Source: Desulfobacterales bacterium
Lineage (GTDB): Bacteria > Desulfobacterota > Desulfobacteria > Desulfobacterales > JALSRD01
Assembly (NCBI GenBank): GCA_026984935.1
Contig: JALSRD010000027.1
Span: 7,161-71,160, forward strand
Direction: 5' to 3'
DNA length: 64,000 nt
Notes under the pieces: generated by a model
Seen by the model: only the letters and a program-made list of their open reading frames with translations
The model's database searches: none
What the model was told of the DNA's origin: nothing
Position numbers and translations under genes: made by a program
In this document: in pieces, positions 42,255-51,844 of the stretch
Position numbering within the stretch: the first letter of the stretch is position 1
How the letters are laid out: every line of letters begins with the position of its first letter

Positions 42255-42405
42255 TATTTCGGTGAAGCGATATCGTGCATCCGGGGAGGAAAGCCATGCG
42301 GTCGGTTGGCGTCAAGAATTTCAGGCTGTTTGAGGAGCCTAGCGACAACGTTCTTGAAATTCAGCCGGCCGAACGCATGGCGCCCCGGATGGACGTAAGA
42401 GCGCA
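42255..42405 (-). repeat. dispersed bipartite repeat, copy B (inverted relative to copy A)
   Basis: The reverse complement of 42321-42364 is ctgaatttcaagaacgttgtcgctaggctcctcaaacagcctga (41/44 match to 7598-7641). The reverse complement of 42257-42301 matches 7673-7717 at 35/45. Confidence 0.8.
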
Positions 42406-42473
42406 GGCGAAACGCGACTGGCGCGGTGTTACCGGAACTTTTTGAACTTACCAGCGGGTTCGGGGAGATCAAA

Positions 42474-42617
42474 ATGAAGATGATGCGAATGATCATCGGT
42501 GTGATGCTGATTATCGGGTTGGCCATTGGTGCTGCGGGCTGCAGCGGAAAAATCGGCAAACCCTATACCAATCGCAGCTGGCAGCAGCCCCCACCGGGCA
42601 CGGGCGGGGGCAAGTAG
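42474..42617 (+). CDS. small (47 aa) putative lipoprotein
   Basis: A ggggag SD lies 6 nt upstream of ATG 42474. The product is MKMMRMIIGVMLIIGLAIGAAGCSGKIGKPY... with lipobox IGAAGC. No family was recognised. Confidence 0.45.
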   Translation: MKMMRMIIGVMLIIGLAIGAAGCSGKIGKPYTNRSWQQPPPGTGGGK

Positions 42618-42767
42618 ACGGGTGTATGGCATGGCGTAATGGCAGGGTTCATGATTCTGGCCGGTGACGTCGGCGGCATTATCCTCCGCATCGTCGAGAG
42701 CCGCTGCAGCGGCGGTTTCCGGGAGGCCTTTTACGACAAGAGGCGTATGCGCCCCAAGGGCGTCGGG

Positions 42768-45707
42768 TCACCGGACCAGGTGGCGCTGCCAGATTTCCCA
42801 CACCCGGCGGCAATGCTCGGTAAGCGCACGGCTGGTCACCCGGGCGGGTTTCTGTTGCAGGTTGAGGCGGTGGACGGTCTGCCGGCAGGTCAGGTAGGTT
42901 TCGCGCAGAAAATGGGCGTTTTGGGGTGAAAGCACCCGGGTTTCCATCAGTGCCTGCAAGAGGCGCACATTGTCGGTCCAGCGTTGCAGTTCGATGTGGC
43001 TGTGGGCATGCCGCAGCACCAGGTACTGGACCAGGAATTCGATGTCCACGATGCCGCCATAGCCCTGTTTCAGATCGAACATACCGGCAGCCGGTTTCAG
43101 GTGCTCTGCGCGCATGCGCGCGCGCATAGCGACGATTTCGCGGCGCAGCTTCCGGGGGTCCCGCTTTCTGGACAGCACTTTGGCGCGGATTTCTGCAAAA
43201 CGTCTGCCCAGCTGAAGGTCTCCGGCGATGGCGCGGGCACGGATGATGGCCTGGTGTTCCCATGTCCAGGCTTTTTCCAGCTGGTAGCCTTCGAAACTCC
43301 CGACGTGGCTGACCAGCAGGCCGGAGCTTCCGCTGGGCCGCAGGCGCATGTCGGTTTCGTAGAGCCTGCCCGCCCGGCTGCGGGTGGTTAAAATGTGAAC
43401 CATGCGCTGGCCCAGGCGGATGTAAAACTGGGCGTTGTCGATGGCCTGCGGACCGTCGGTTCGGCCGTGGCTGCCGGCATGCAGGAACACGAGATCCAGG
43501 TCGGATCCGTATCCCAGCTCGATGCCGCCCAGTTTGCCGTAGGCGATGACGGCGAAACAGGTCTGTGCCGTGCCGGAGGTTTTGAGGCCATCGGGATGCC
43601 CGTGCCGCTGGACCAGGTGCCGCCAGGCCAGTTCCAGGGCTCTGGTGACCACGACTTCGGCGATATCGGTGAGATGGTCACTGGTCTTCATCAGGGGCAG
43701 ATGGCCGCTGATGTCTGCCGCCGCAACCCGCAGCACGCCGGCCTGTTTAAAAACGACCAATGTTTCGATCTGTTGTTCGAGGTCCAGCGGATCGATACCC
43801 GACAGACGGTTTTGGATTTCGCGCTCCAGCGCCGGGCGTGAAGCCGGCCTGTAAAGGGTGCGCGGATCCAGCAGTTCATCCAGCAGCACGGGGTGGCGGG
43901 TTAAAAGTGCCAGGATCCACCCACTGGCCTCGGTCAGCCTCACCAGGTGCTGCAGCGTGGAAGGGTTTTCCGCCAGCAGTGCCAGGTAGCTGCTGCGGCG
44001 CAGCACGGCTTTGACGAGGTCGATGATGTGGCCGAGGGTCGCGTTACTGGAGGGGCGGTTGCGAATGGTTTCGAGCACCAGGGGCATGAGGCGGTCCAGG
44101 CGCCGGCGGGCCGCCGGGCTCAGATTTCGCATGACACGGTCATGGCGCAGGTCGTGCAGCAGGCGGGCGATTTCCGCTGCGTGCTCAAAACCCAGCTGCT
44201 GCAGCTGTTCCCGTGCTTCTGTGGCAGGGATGTCGGCGCGCCAGATGTGCGACAGCCTCCCCGGCGTCGTATCCTGAGCGCCCTGCTCCTTGCGGGTGCT
44301 TCCCGCGTCCGCCAGCAGCTGGCTGAAATGCTGATGCACGGTCTGCATGTGCTGCCGTAAACGGCGTGCAAAGTCCGTCCAGCCGGAAAAACCCATGGCA
44401 TAGGCCAACCGTGTCCTGGCGAGCGGTGCGTCGGGCAGACGATGCGTCTGTTGATCGGCGAATTCCTGCAGCCGGTGCTCGGTGTTGCGCAGAAAAACAT
44501 AGGCGCGGCTGAGGGCGTCGGCCACCGGCTGTTCGATGAGCCGCTCCTGTGACAGGATCTGGAGCACTTTCAGAAGGCGGCGTTCCTGCAACCGGGGCGT
44601 GACGCCTCCCCGGATGAGCTGAAACATCTGGGCGAAGAACTCGATTTCACGGATACCGCCTGGGCCGAGTTTGATGTCGTTGCGCAGGCGTTTGCGTCTG
44701 ACCTCCCGGCTGATGCGTGACTTCATCTCACGCAGGGCGTCGAAGGCGCCAAAATCCAGGTAGCGCCGGTAAATGAAAGGCCGCAATATGCCGAGCAGGC
44801 GTTTGCCGGCCGGTATATCGCCGGCCACGGCACGGGCCTTGATCCAGGCGTAACGCTCCCACTCGCGGCCCTGGCGCAGATAGTAGTCTTCCATGGCATC
44901 GAAATGCATGCACAACGGCCCGTTTTCACCGTAAGGGCGCAGGTTCAGATCCACGCGAAAAACCAGGCCGTGCGCGGTGCGCGCACCGATGACCCGCACC
45001 AGGTCGCGGCACAGGTGCAGAAAAAACTTTTCGTTGCGGACGCTGCGGGGCCCGTCGCGGGTCTCTCCGGCCTGGGGATAAGTAAAGACCAGATCGATGT
45101 CCGATGAAAAGTTGAGCTCGCCGGCGCCCAGCTTGCCCATGCCGATGACCACCAGGTTTTGCGGGGCAGCGTCCGGCGCGGCAGGCGCGCCGTATCGGGC
45201 ACATAAGCGCTCATATAGAACCTCAAGCGCAGTCTGCAGACAGGCTTCGGCCAGCGCCGACAGGTCTGCCATGACGGCGTCGAGGTTACACCAGCCGGCC
45301 AGATCGCGCCAGGCGATGCGCAGCATCTCCCGCCGGCGGAAGCACCGCAGCAGTTCGCCCAAACGCTCGGGTGCCAGCGGGCGGCGGATAATTGCAATCT
45401 GCCGGGCCAGCCGCTTGCGGTAGTGGTCGCGTCCGTATGACCTGCGCAAGTCGCCGCTTGCGGCCAGTTCGGCCAGCAAGTCGGGATGCTGGACACAGAG
45501 CTTGTAGACGAAGTCGCTGCAAGCGAAGACACGTTTCAGAGCCTCTGCAAAGGACGCATCCACAGGCAGATCGATACCGTTGGCCGCCTGCTCGAAAGCG
45601 ACCTGCCTGGCGCTGCAGTCAGCTGCCAGCTGCGATGGAAGACCGGGAGGCAGGTCCATGGCATTGCGCGTAAAATCCGGCATATTCGTTTTTTGGCAAA
45701 CTCGCAA
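42768..45707 (-). CDS. glnE: bifunctional glutamine synthetase adenylyltransferase / adenylyl-removing enzyme
   Basis: About 970 aa with two GlnE nucleotidyltransferase repeats (VIGMGKLGAGELNFSSDIDLVF and VIAYGKLGGIELGYGSDLDLVFL). The start is uncertain: TTG 45707 or ATG 45683. Confidence 0.93.
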   Translation of the reverse strand: MRVCQKTNMPDFTRNAMDLPPGLPSQLAADCSARQVAFEQAANGIDLPVDASFAEALKRVFACSDFVYKLCVQHPDLLAELAASGDLRRSYGRDHYRKRLARQIAIIRRPLAPERLGELLRCFRRREMLRIAWRDLAGWCNLDAVMADLSALAEACLQTALEVLYERLCARYGAPAAPDAAPQNLVVIGMGKLGAGELNFSSDIDLVFTYPQAGETRDGPRSVRNEKFFLHLCRDLVRVIGARTAHGLVFRVDLNLRPYGENGPLCMHFDAMEDYYLRQGREWERYAWIKARAVAGDIPAGKRLLGILRPFIYRRYLDFGAFDALREMKSRISREVRRKRLRNDIKLGPGGIREIEFFAQMFQLIRGGVTPRLQERRLLKVLQILSQERLIEQPVADALSRAYVFLRNTEHRLQEFADQQTHRLPDAPLARTRLAYAMGFSGWTDFARRLRQHMQTVHQHFSQLLADAGSTRKEQGAQDTTPGRLSHIWRADIPATEAREQLQQLGFEHAAEIARLLHDLRHDRVMRNLSPAARRRLDRLMPLVLETIRNRPSSNATLGHIIDLVKAVLRRSSYLALLAENPSTLQHLVRLTEASGWILALLTRHPVLLDELLDPRTLYRPASRPALEREIQNRLSGIDPLDLEQQIETLVVFKQAGVLRVAAADISGHLPLMKTSDHLTDIAEVVVTRALELAWRHLVQRHGHPDGLKTSGTAQTCFAVIAYGKLGGIELGYGSDLDLVFLHAGSHGRTDGPQAIDNAQFYIRLGQRMVHILTTRSRAGRLYETDMRLRPSGSSGLLVSHVGSFEGYQLEKAWTWEHQAIIRARAIAGDLQLGRRFAEIRAKVLSRKRDPRKLRREIVAMRARMRAEHLKPAAGMFDLKQGYGGIVDIEFLVQYLVLRHAHSHIELQRWTDNVRLLQALMETRVLSPQNAHFLRETYLTCRQTVHRLNLQQKPARVTSRALTEHCRRVWEIWQRHLVR

Positions 45708-45748
45708 GGAGTCCGGACTTTTTAGGAATCATTCGTCTTGGTTCAGTC

Positions 45749-45781
45749 AAATAAAAAGGGGGCCCGGTTACCGCGGCCCCC
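45749..45781 (-). terminator. rho-independent terminator after dsrP
   Basis: The minus strand reads gggggcc-gcggtaaccg-ggccccc followed by TTTTTATTT, 23 nt after the dsrP stop. Confidence 0.7.
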
Positions 45782-45803
45782 TGGTACATCGTCAATGCCT
45801 CTG

Positions 45804-46958
45804 TCAGGCGACTTCTTCTTTGACCGAAACGGCGATTTTGTACAAAATGGTAAGTACCAGCACGCCGGCGGCGTATACGCCCACGGCGATCATGAATTCC
45901 GGGAAGGTCGGGGCGTATTCCGTCACATGGTCCAACGGCGAGGGTACGAAACCGCCGGATATCATGCCCAGGCCCTTGTCGATCCAGATGCCCACAAACG
46001 CGCAGGCACAGGACAGCATCAGGATGTTCTCCCGGCGACGCGTCGACGGGTTGACCAGCAGAACGATGCTGATGAGCATCAGTACGACGGACCCCCACAT
46101 CCAGGGGACCAGCGATCCCTTGCCCTGCAGGCCGGCAAACAGGTAAGTCAGGTGCTCCATGTGCTCCGGGATTTTGCTGTAGAAAGCGACGAAAACCTCA
46201 CACAGGAAGAAGAAAAAGTTGACGCACACGGCATAGGCCACGATTTTGGCCAGCGCCTGAATCTGCTCGCGGCCGGGATCGAAGCGGGTGGTTTTGCGGA
46301 TAAACAGGCACAAAAGGATCAGCAGCGCCGGGCCGGCGGCAAAGGCGGATGCCAGAAAGCGCGGGGCCAGGATGGCCGTCAGCCAGAATTCCCTGCCCGG
46401 CAGGCCGCAGTACAGGTAGGCTGTAACCGTATGAATACCGATGGCAAAGGGGATCGAAATGTAGATCAGGGGCTTGACCCAGGCCGGATAGTGCGTGTCG
46501 TTGCGCTCGGCTTCCAGCACGTTCCAGCCGACGATCAGGTTCAGCAGCAGGTAGCCGTTGAGCACCAGGGTATCCCAGAAAAGCACCGAATGCAGCGTGG
46601 GATAGATCCAGACATTGAAGATTCGCATGGGCTGCCCCAGATCGACGACAATGAACAGCAGGCACATGATCAGCGCGGCAATGGCCAGAAATTCCCCTAA
46701 GATGGTGATTTTGCCGAAGGCCTTGTAGTCGTGCAGATAGTAGGGAATGACGACCATTACCCCCCCGGCGGCGACCCCCACCAGAAAAGTGAAATTGGCG
46801 ATGTAGAACCCCCAGGAAACATCCCGGCTCATGCCGGTGATTCCCAGACCGAACTTGAGCTGGTAGAGGTAGAACCCAAAGCCGATTCCAATCAGGACCA
46901 GCAGCCCCAGCACCCAGCCGAAGTAATTCTTGCTCCCTTTGAACGCTAATTCAAGCAT
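45804..46958 (-). CDS. dsrP: DsrP, NrfD/PsrC-family integral membrane quinone-interacting subunit
   Basis: ATG 46958 (MLELAFKGSKNYFGW) follows an aggtga SD and lies 8 nt after the dsrO stop. The protein is polytopic, about 384 aa, and is the last gene of the M-K-J-O-P order. Confidence 0.88.
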   Translation of the reverse strand: MLELAFKGSKNYFGWVLGLLVLIGIGFGFYLYQLKFGLGITGMSRDVSWGFYIANFTFLVGVAAGGVMVVIPYYLHDYKAFGKITILGEFLAIAALIMCLLFIVVDLGQPMRIFNVWIYPTLHSVLFWDTLVLNGYLLLNLIVGWNVLEAERNDTHYPAWVKPLIYISIPFAIGIHTVTAYLYCGLPGREFWLTAILAPRFLASAFAAGPALLILLCLFIRKTTRFDPGREQIQALAKIVAYAVCVNFFFFLCEVFVAFYSKIPEHMEHLTYLFAGLQGKGSLVPWMWGSVVLMLISIVLLVNPSTRRRENILMLSCACAFVGIWIDKGLGMISGGFVPSPLDHVTEYAPTFPEFMIAVGVYAAGVLVLTILYKIAVSVKEEVA

Positions 46959-46965
46959 AGTCACC

Positions 46966-47751
46966 TCATACGATATAGTAAACCGCCGGTTCTGTCCCCA
47001 GCTCCTGTTTACGCCGAATGGTGTAATGGGCTTTGAGCAGCTTCCGGACCTCCGATTTCGGATCGTACAGATCGCCGAAGACCAGGGCGCCCTTGGATGC
47101 CTCCACACAGGCCGGCAGCTTGCCCACGGCCAGGCGCTCGGCGCAGAAATTGCATTTTTCCACCACACCCCGCGTGCGCGTCGGGTACTGCATGGTGATT
47201 TTGGGTATAAAGGGCCGCGGGTCCCGGAAATTGAAACTGCGGGAGCCGAAAGGGCAGGCCGCCATGCAGAAACGGCATCCGATGCAGCGGTGGTAGTCCA
47301 TCAGCACGATGCCGTCCGATTTGCGCTTGAAAGTCGCCTGGGTGGGACAGGCGCGCACACAGGGCGGGTTCTCGCAGTGGTTGCAAAGCACCAGAAAAGG
47401 GGTATCTTTCAGCCGCTCTGTCAGAAATTTATTGGGGTTGGTGGGAAAGGCGTGCTCGTATTCCTCGTCCCAGATCCACTTGATTTCATGGCGTTTGTTT
47501 TCAAATACCGGGATATTGTGAATTTTGTCACAGGCATCGATAATCGGCTGCAGGTCGGCATCGCTTTTAAAACGGCGCGTATCGATAACCATGGCCCACT
47601 GCATGGCCTTCAGGGCCTTGGGCCCCTCCTCAAACTCGGGCGCGGGGGCTTTTGCATGCTCCTTGGCAAAGGCATCCAGCACCGGCTTGGCCGTGAGTCC
47701 CAGTGCCGATATTCCGGCCAGTTTCAGGAAACGTCTTCTGCTGTCTTCCAT
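46966..47751 (-). CDS. dsrO: DsrO, Tat-exported 4Fe-4S ferredoxin-like subunit
   Basis: Twin-arginine signal (SRRRFLKLAGISALGL) and several CxxCxxCxxxCP-type clusters (CNHCENPPCVRACP, CIGCRFCMAACP, CNFCAERL). Confidence 0.9.
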   Translation of the reverse strand: MEDSRRRFLKLAGISALGLTAKPVLDAFAKEHAKAPAPEFEEGPKALKAMQWAMVIDTRRFKSDADLQPIIDACDKIHNIPVFENKRHEIKWIWDEEYEHAFPTNPNKFLTERLKDTPFLVLCNHCENPPCVRACPTQATFKRKSDGIVLMDYHRCIGCRFCMAACPFGSRSFNFRDPRPFIPKITMQYPTRTRGVVEKCNFCAERLAVGKLPACVEASKGALVFGDLYDPKSEVRKLLKAHYTIRRKQELGTEPAVYYIV

Positions 47752-48140
47752 TATTTATTCTCCTTCGATTGATCCAAATGGCAATCCCAGCAGTAAGGTT
47801 CTGCCGACGCGTAACTGTGACAGCGGTCACAGAACTCCGCCTTGTTGGAATGGCAGTCCAGGCAGGTTTTGGTCAGGCTGATGTTGAACGTCTTTCCCTG
47901 CGGGTTGACGAAGACGCGTTTGGCATCACGCACCACCGAGTTGCGCCAGGCGTCCAGCAGGTGCATATGGTTGGCACGCATGTAGGCGGTGGGCATGACG
48001 CAGGCCCCGGCGGCCTTGGCTTTGGCCGTCAGGACCAGATCCGGCTGAGGTGAAGCCTTGCCCATATTGTACCAGAAGGGAAATGCAACTAGGGCGATAA
48101 AGATGATTAAACCGGTGATGATCAGTGTCCTATCCTTCAT
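47751..48140 (-). CDS. dsrJ: DsrJ, membrane-anchored triheme cytochrome c
   Basis: ATG 48140 follows a GGAGGA SD. It has a TM anchor (LIITGLIIFIALVAFPFW) and three CxxCH sites (CLDCH, CDRCH, CWDCH). Its stop overlaps the dsrO ATG (TAATG). Confidence 0.88.
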   Translation of the reverse strand: MKDRTLIITGLIIFIALVAFPFWYNMGKASPQPDLVLTAKAKAAGACVMPTAYMRANHMHLLDAWRNSVVRDAKRVFVNPQGKTFNISLTKTCLDCHSNKAEFCDRCHSYASAEPYCWDCHLDQSKENK

Positions 48141-49767
48141 CAGCATCCTCCATGCCTGGCAGCGGCTCACTGCGCAGGTCAGTGGTCCGTTTGTTCTCAC
48201 CGGGCAGAATCAGGGCGTTGCCCACCAGTTCGTGTACGCCGGTGATATCCACCTCGGGAACCCAGTACTGCATGAGTGTCGGTAGTGCGGCCCGATCGAT
48301 GGCGCAGATGCAGGCCATCATGTTGACACCGTGTTTGGCATGCACGTGTCTAACGGCGTTGGCCCGCGGGAAGCCGCCGGCCATGCGCAGCTCCATGTCT
48401 TCGCCGGCGTTTAACCCGGCGCCGCTGCCGCAGCAGAAGGTCTGCTCACGGATGGTGTTGGCCGGCATTTCATAGAACTGACGGCAGCAGTTTTGAATGA
48501 TGTAGCGCGGTTCCTCCAGGATGCCCATGCCCCGCGAGGTGTTGCAGGAGTCATGCAGCGTGAGCACCTTGTTGTCGTTGCGGCTGACGTCCAGGTCCAG
48601 CTTGCCGTGTTTGATCAGGTCGGCGGTGAACTCGCAGATGTGGACGACTTTGGTTGATTTGGCATTTTCAAACTTGGTTCCCGTGATGGGGGAAACGGGC
48701 TCTTCCAGAAAATCGGCCGGACCGTTGACGGTGTCCATGTACTGGTTGATGACCCGCCACATGTGGCCGCACTCGCCGCCCAGGATCCACTTTACGCCCA
48801 GGCGTTTGGCTTCGGCATACATCTTGGCGTTGAGCCGTTTCATGGTTTCGTGGGAGGTGAAAAAGCCGAAGTTGCCGCCTTCGGAAGCATAGGTGCTCCA
48901 GGTGATGTCGAAACCGTACTTTTCCTTGAGGAAGTGGAACAGCATCAGGTAACCCATGCAGGTGTACGTGCCGGGGTCCGCGAAAACGTCGCCGGAAGGC
49001 GTGACGAACAGGATGTCGGCGCCTTTTTTGTTGAACTGTGGTTCGGGCAGGATGCCGGTGATTTCCTCGATGTCCTCACAGAAAAAGTCGAGCATGTCCT
49101 TGAAGGCATGCGGCTGGATACCCAGATGGTTGCCGGTGCGGTAACAGTTGGCCACCGGGGTGGCGATCCAGTCGATGTTCAGGCCCAGCAGGTTGAGCAG
49201 CTCCCGGCCCATGATGGTGATCTCGGCGGTGTCGATGCCATAGGGGCAGAAGACCGAACAGCGGCGGCACTCGGTGCACTGGAAAAAATAGTACCACCAC
49301 TCCTTCAGTACATCGAGGGTCATCGGGCGCGCCCCGGCGATTTTTCCCAGGATTTTGCCGGCGCGTGTAAAATCATGCCGGTAGACGGAGCGCAGCAGTT
49401 CGGCCCTCAGCACCGGCATGTTTTTCGGGTCGCCGGTGCCGATGAAGAAATGGCACTTGTCGGCGCAGGCGCCGCAGCGCACACAGATGTCCATGAACAC
49501 CTTGAAAGAGCGGAATTTTTCCAGGCGGTCGCGGAAGCCCTCAAAAAGAATCTCCTGCCAGTTTTCCGGCAGCTTCCAGTCTTCCTCCAGCGGATTCCAG
49601 GGCCGCGCGTTGGGCAGTCCGAGGTAGGCTACGCTTTTGGGATTCGAAGCGTAGCAGTACATTCCCTTGCGGATATTGACGGGGACCTGCATCCAGTCCT
49701 GCCCGGTATCGGGGCGGTGATTCATTTTGGATAGCAGTTCATCCGGTTTCGGTGTTTCATCAGCCAT
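48130..49767 (-). CDS. dsrK: DsrK, HdrD-like catalytic Fe-S subunit
   Basis: 545 aa with CVRCGACADKC and CTECRRCSVFCP ferredoxin-type motifs plus CCG-domain cysteines (FCCGSGAG). Confidence 0.9.
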   Translation of the reverse strand: MADETPKPDELLSKMNHRPDTGQDWMQVPVNIRKGMYCYASNPKSVAYLGLPNARPWNPLEEDWKLPENWQEILFEGFRDRLEKFRSFKVFMDICVRCGACADKCHFFIGTGDPKNMPVLRAELLRSVYRHDFTRAGKILGKIAGARPMTLDVLKEWWYYFFQCTECRRCSVFCPYGIDTAEITIMGRELLNLLGLNIDWIATPVANCYRTGNHLGIQPHAFKDMLDFFCEDIEEITGILPEPQFNKKGADILFVTPSGDVFADPGTYTCMGYLMLFHFLKEKYGFDITWSTYASEGGNFGFFTSHETMKRLNAKMYAEAKRLGVKWILGGECGHMWRVINQYMDTVNGPADFLEEPVSPITGTKFENAKSTKVVHICEFTADLIKHGKLDLDVSRNDNKVLTLHDSCNTSRGMGILEEPRYIIQNCCRQFYEMPANTIREQTFCCGSGAGLNAGEDMELRMAGGFPRANAVRHVHAKHGVNMMACICAIDRAALPTLMQYWVPEVDITGVHELVGNALILPGENKRTTDLRSEPLPGMEDADEG

Positions 49768-50836
49768 CGTGCGACTCCTTTTTGTCCGTCTCTTCTGCGG
49801 GCTGCGGTTCGGGCATTTTTTCCACCGGCAGGCCGGCTTCGATCATTTTATCCCTGAATTCGTCTTCATACTCCTCGTAGGTATGGATGGGAACAGGGTA
49901 GTTCCAGGGGTTCACATGCCGCCGTGCACGGGTATCCGTGCGCATGTTGCGCGTGGGGCTCAGAAAAACACCACCTAAATGCATCAGCTTGCTGAAGGGG
50001 AAATAAGCCAAAAGGACACAGACAAGAAACAGGTGGATGAAAAACAAACTGCCCACACCCTTGGGAATGGTGGGATGAAAAGTGACCAATCCCATGGTGA
50101 GTTCTTTGGTGGAAGTCATGTCGACTTTTAGAAAATAACGCATCAGGATACCGGTAAAGGCAATGCCGAAAATCAGGAAAAGCGGGAAATAATCCGCAGC
50201 CTGGGAGATGTATTTCACCGTGGGTATGAACAGACGTCTCAACAGCAGGTAGGTAACGGCCAAAAGCAGAATGATGCCGGACAAGTAGACACCGGGCAGG
50301 GCGACTTTGACGGCGTCGTAGAGCACCTCGAAGCGGAAGAAGGAATCGATTTTCTCCACCAGTTCGACACAGCCCGGTACGGGGTTGGTGAACAGGCGCA
50401 GGTGCCGGAACAGAACGGTGAAAAACGCCCAGTGGAACGCCAGGGCGCCCACCCAAAGGAAAATTTCCAGATTGTAGGCGAGCTTATTGCCGCTCTCTTT
50501 GAGTTTCATGCGGGTATTTCTGAACAGCGAGCGCAGAAAGACCACTTCCAGAATCATGCGCAAAACGACACCGCCGGTGCTGGTGGGGTTGTCCACGCTG
50601 TTGGGCTTGATCCAGGGCAGGGATTTCTGTTGGCCGCAGGTCGTGGGAATGGCGAAGGGAACGGCCGAGCGCGCCCAGCTCATCACCCGATAGGCGAATC
50701 CGGCGATGAAAACCATGACGGCAACGTAGGGAAAAACAATCCCGAACAGGGGTTTCAGACCGATGGCGGACCCAATCCAGGCAATCAGGAAAAGTGCGAT
50801 AACGGCCAGCAGGGAATACATGTACTTTACATTCAT
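49760..50836 (-). CDS. dsrM: DsrM, NarI-like diheme b membrane subunit
   Basis: ATG 50836 (MNVKYMYSLLAVIALF) follows a tgaggaaa SD. It has about 5 TM helices with conserved His residues. There is an 8-nt overlap with the dsrK start. Confidence 0.88.
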   Translation of the reverse strand: MNVKYMYSLLAVIALFLIAWIGSAIGLKPLFGIVFPYVAVMVFIAGFAYRVMSWARSAVPFAIPTTCGQQKSLPWIKPNSVDNPTSTGGVVLRMILEVVFLRSLFRNTRMKLKESGNKLAYNLEIFLWVGALAFHWAFFTVLFRHLRLFTNPVPGCVELVEKIDSFFRFEVLYDAVKVALPGVYLSGIILLLAVTYLLLRRLFIPTVKYISQAADYFPLFLIFGIAFTGILMRYFLKVDMTSTKELTMGLVTFHPTIPKGVGSLFFIHLFLVCVLLAYFPFSKLMHLGGVFLSPTRNMRTDTRARRHVNPWNYPVPIHTYEEYEDEFRDKMIEAGLPVEKMPEPQPAEETDKKESHDG

Positions 50837-50857
50837 ATGCCATTTCCTCACTTCGGC

Positions 50858-50879
50858 GGCCCCGGGAGAGTCCGGGGCC
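50858..50879 (-). promoter_or_regulatory. GC-only 8-bp hairpin between the RsbRD_N gene and dsrM
   Basis: ggccccgg-gagagt-ccggggcc, read directly. It ends about 20 nt upstream of the dsrM ATG. No U-tract follows, so it is more likely a processing or attenuation structure than a terminator. Confidence 0.4.
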
Positions 50880-50962
50880 GTTCACCGAGGCTTCCGGCAG
50901 TCCGTACAGCCGATGCAGCGCAACGGCATTCCGCCCGGTGCCTCTGTCCGATGGATTAGATG

Positions 50963-51499
50963 TTAATTGCTCTCGGGATACGGCCCATCTTCCGAGATTT
51001 CACTGATTAAACCAGCTCTTGCAAAGGCGCGGTAGACCGAGTTGCGCTCTTGGCCGGCTTTGAGATCATATATTTTTTCTCTGCACTGCATGTATACATC
51101 GAACGCCGTTAGTGCCAGGTCGTCAATTTTTTTCTCGAATGGCGGCAGCTGGTCGGCGAGGCGCGGGGTGCGCAATTCGTGCCGCAGAATATTTCTGATG
51201 ATGGTCTTCAGGGTAAAGATGAAGCCGGTGGCTTGAGAAGGGGTGAAATTCTGAACGGCCCGTATCCTGACGAGCGGGTCGAGTGCGGTCGCCAGCTGGG
51301 TGGTGTCGGCCGCCTGCAGAAGCCCGGAAAAAACTTCCTGCAGACTATCGAGGGTGCTGGCCGCAACCGGATTGGCGAAGCGGTTGCCCCTGGACTTGAA
51401 AATTCGGGCGGTCTCGGGTGCGTAAGTGTCAATTACCGCATTGAACCATCTGTCGACAATTTCGCCTTTTCGATCTGATAACAGTTTTTCCAGACGCAT
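50963..51499 (-). CDS. RsbRD N-terminal domain-containing protein (dsrMKJOP-associated)
   Basis: ATG 51499 (MRLEKLLSDRKGEIVDRWFNAVIDTY). It carries the RFANPVAASTLDSL motif of RsbRD_N (PF14361-like). It lies directly upstream of dsrM, as in many sulfate reducers. Confidence 0.75.
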   Translation of the reverse strand: MRLEKLLSDRKGEIVDRWFNAVIDTYAPETARIFKSRGNRFANPVAASTLDSLQEVFSGLLQAADTTQLATALDPLVRIRAVQNFTPSQATGFIFTLKTIIRNILRHELRTPRLADQLPPFEKKIDDLALTAFDVYMQCREKIYDLKAGQERNSVYRAFARAGLISEISEDGPYPESN

Positions 51500-51646
51500 T
51501 CCCTGGATCACTCCCGGATAGACTGCAGCGTTTAAACTCCGGCTGACCGGTTCCCTACCTTGCCTCAAACTAAGGATAGGACACGATACAGGCGAACCGA
51601 CGTACGTACGACAGGCAAGATCAATGGATCAACATCGGAAAAAAGC

Positions 51647-51675
51647 CTTATAACCAAATTGCCTGTGCCTGTCAA
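51647..51675 (-). promoter_or_regulatory. near-consensus sigma-70 promoter for RsbRD_N-dsrMKJOP
   Basis: The minus strand reads TTGACA-N17-TATAAG (the reverse complement of cttata...tgtcaa, read directly). Confidence 0.5.
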
Positions 51676-51844
51676 GGACAATTCACCGCTGCCGGGGCAC
51701 TCAGGCCGCCGCCTGCACCTGAAACCGGTTGTAATGTTTCTGTCAAACTAGTAAGGAATACTCAGGTGCCCGGGTGGTTTCGGCCGACCCGACGCGGGTC
51801 AGCCGCGAGAACCGGGCGGAATTTTCCGGCGGGAGGATGAAAAC

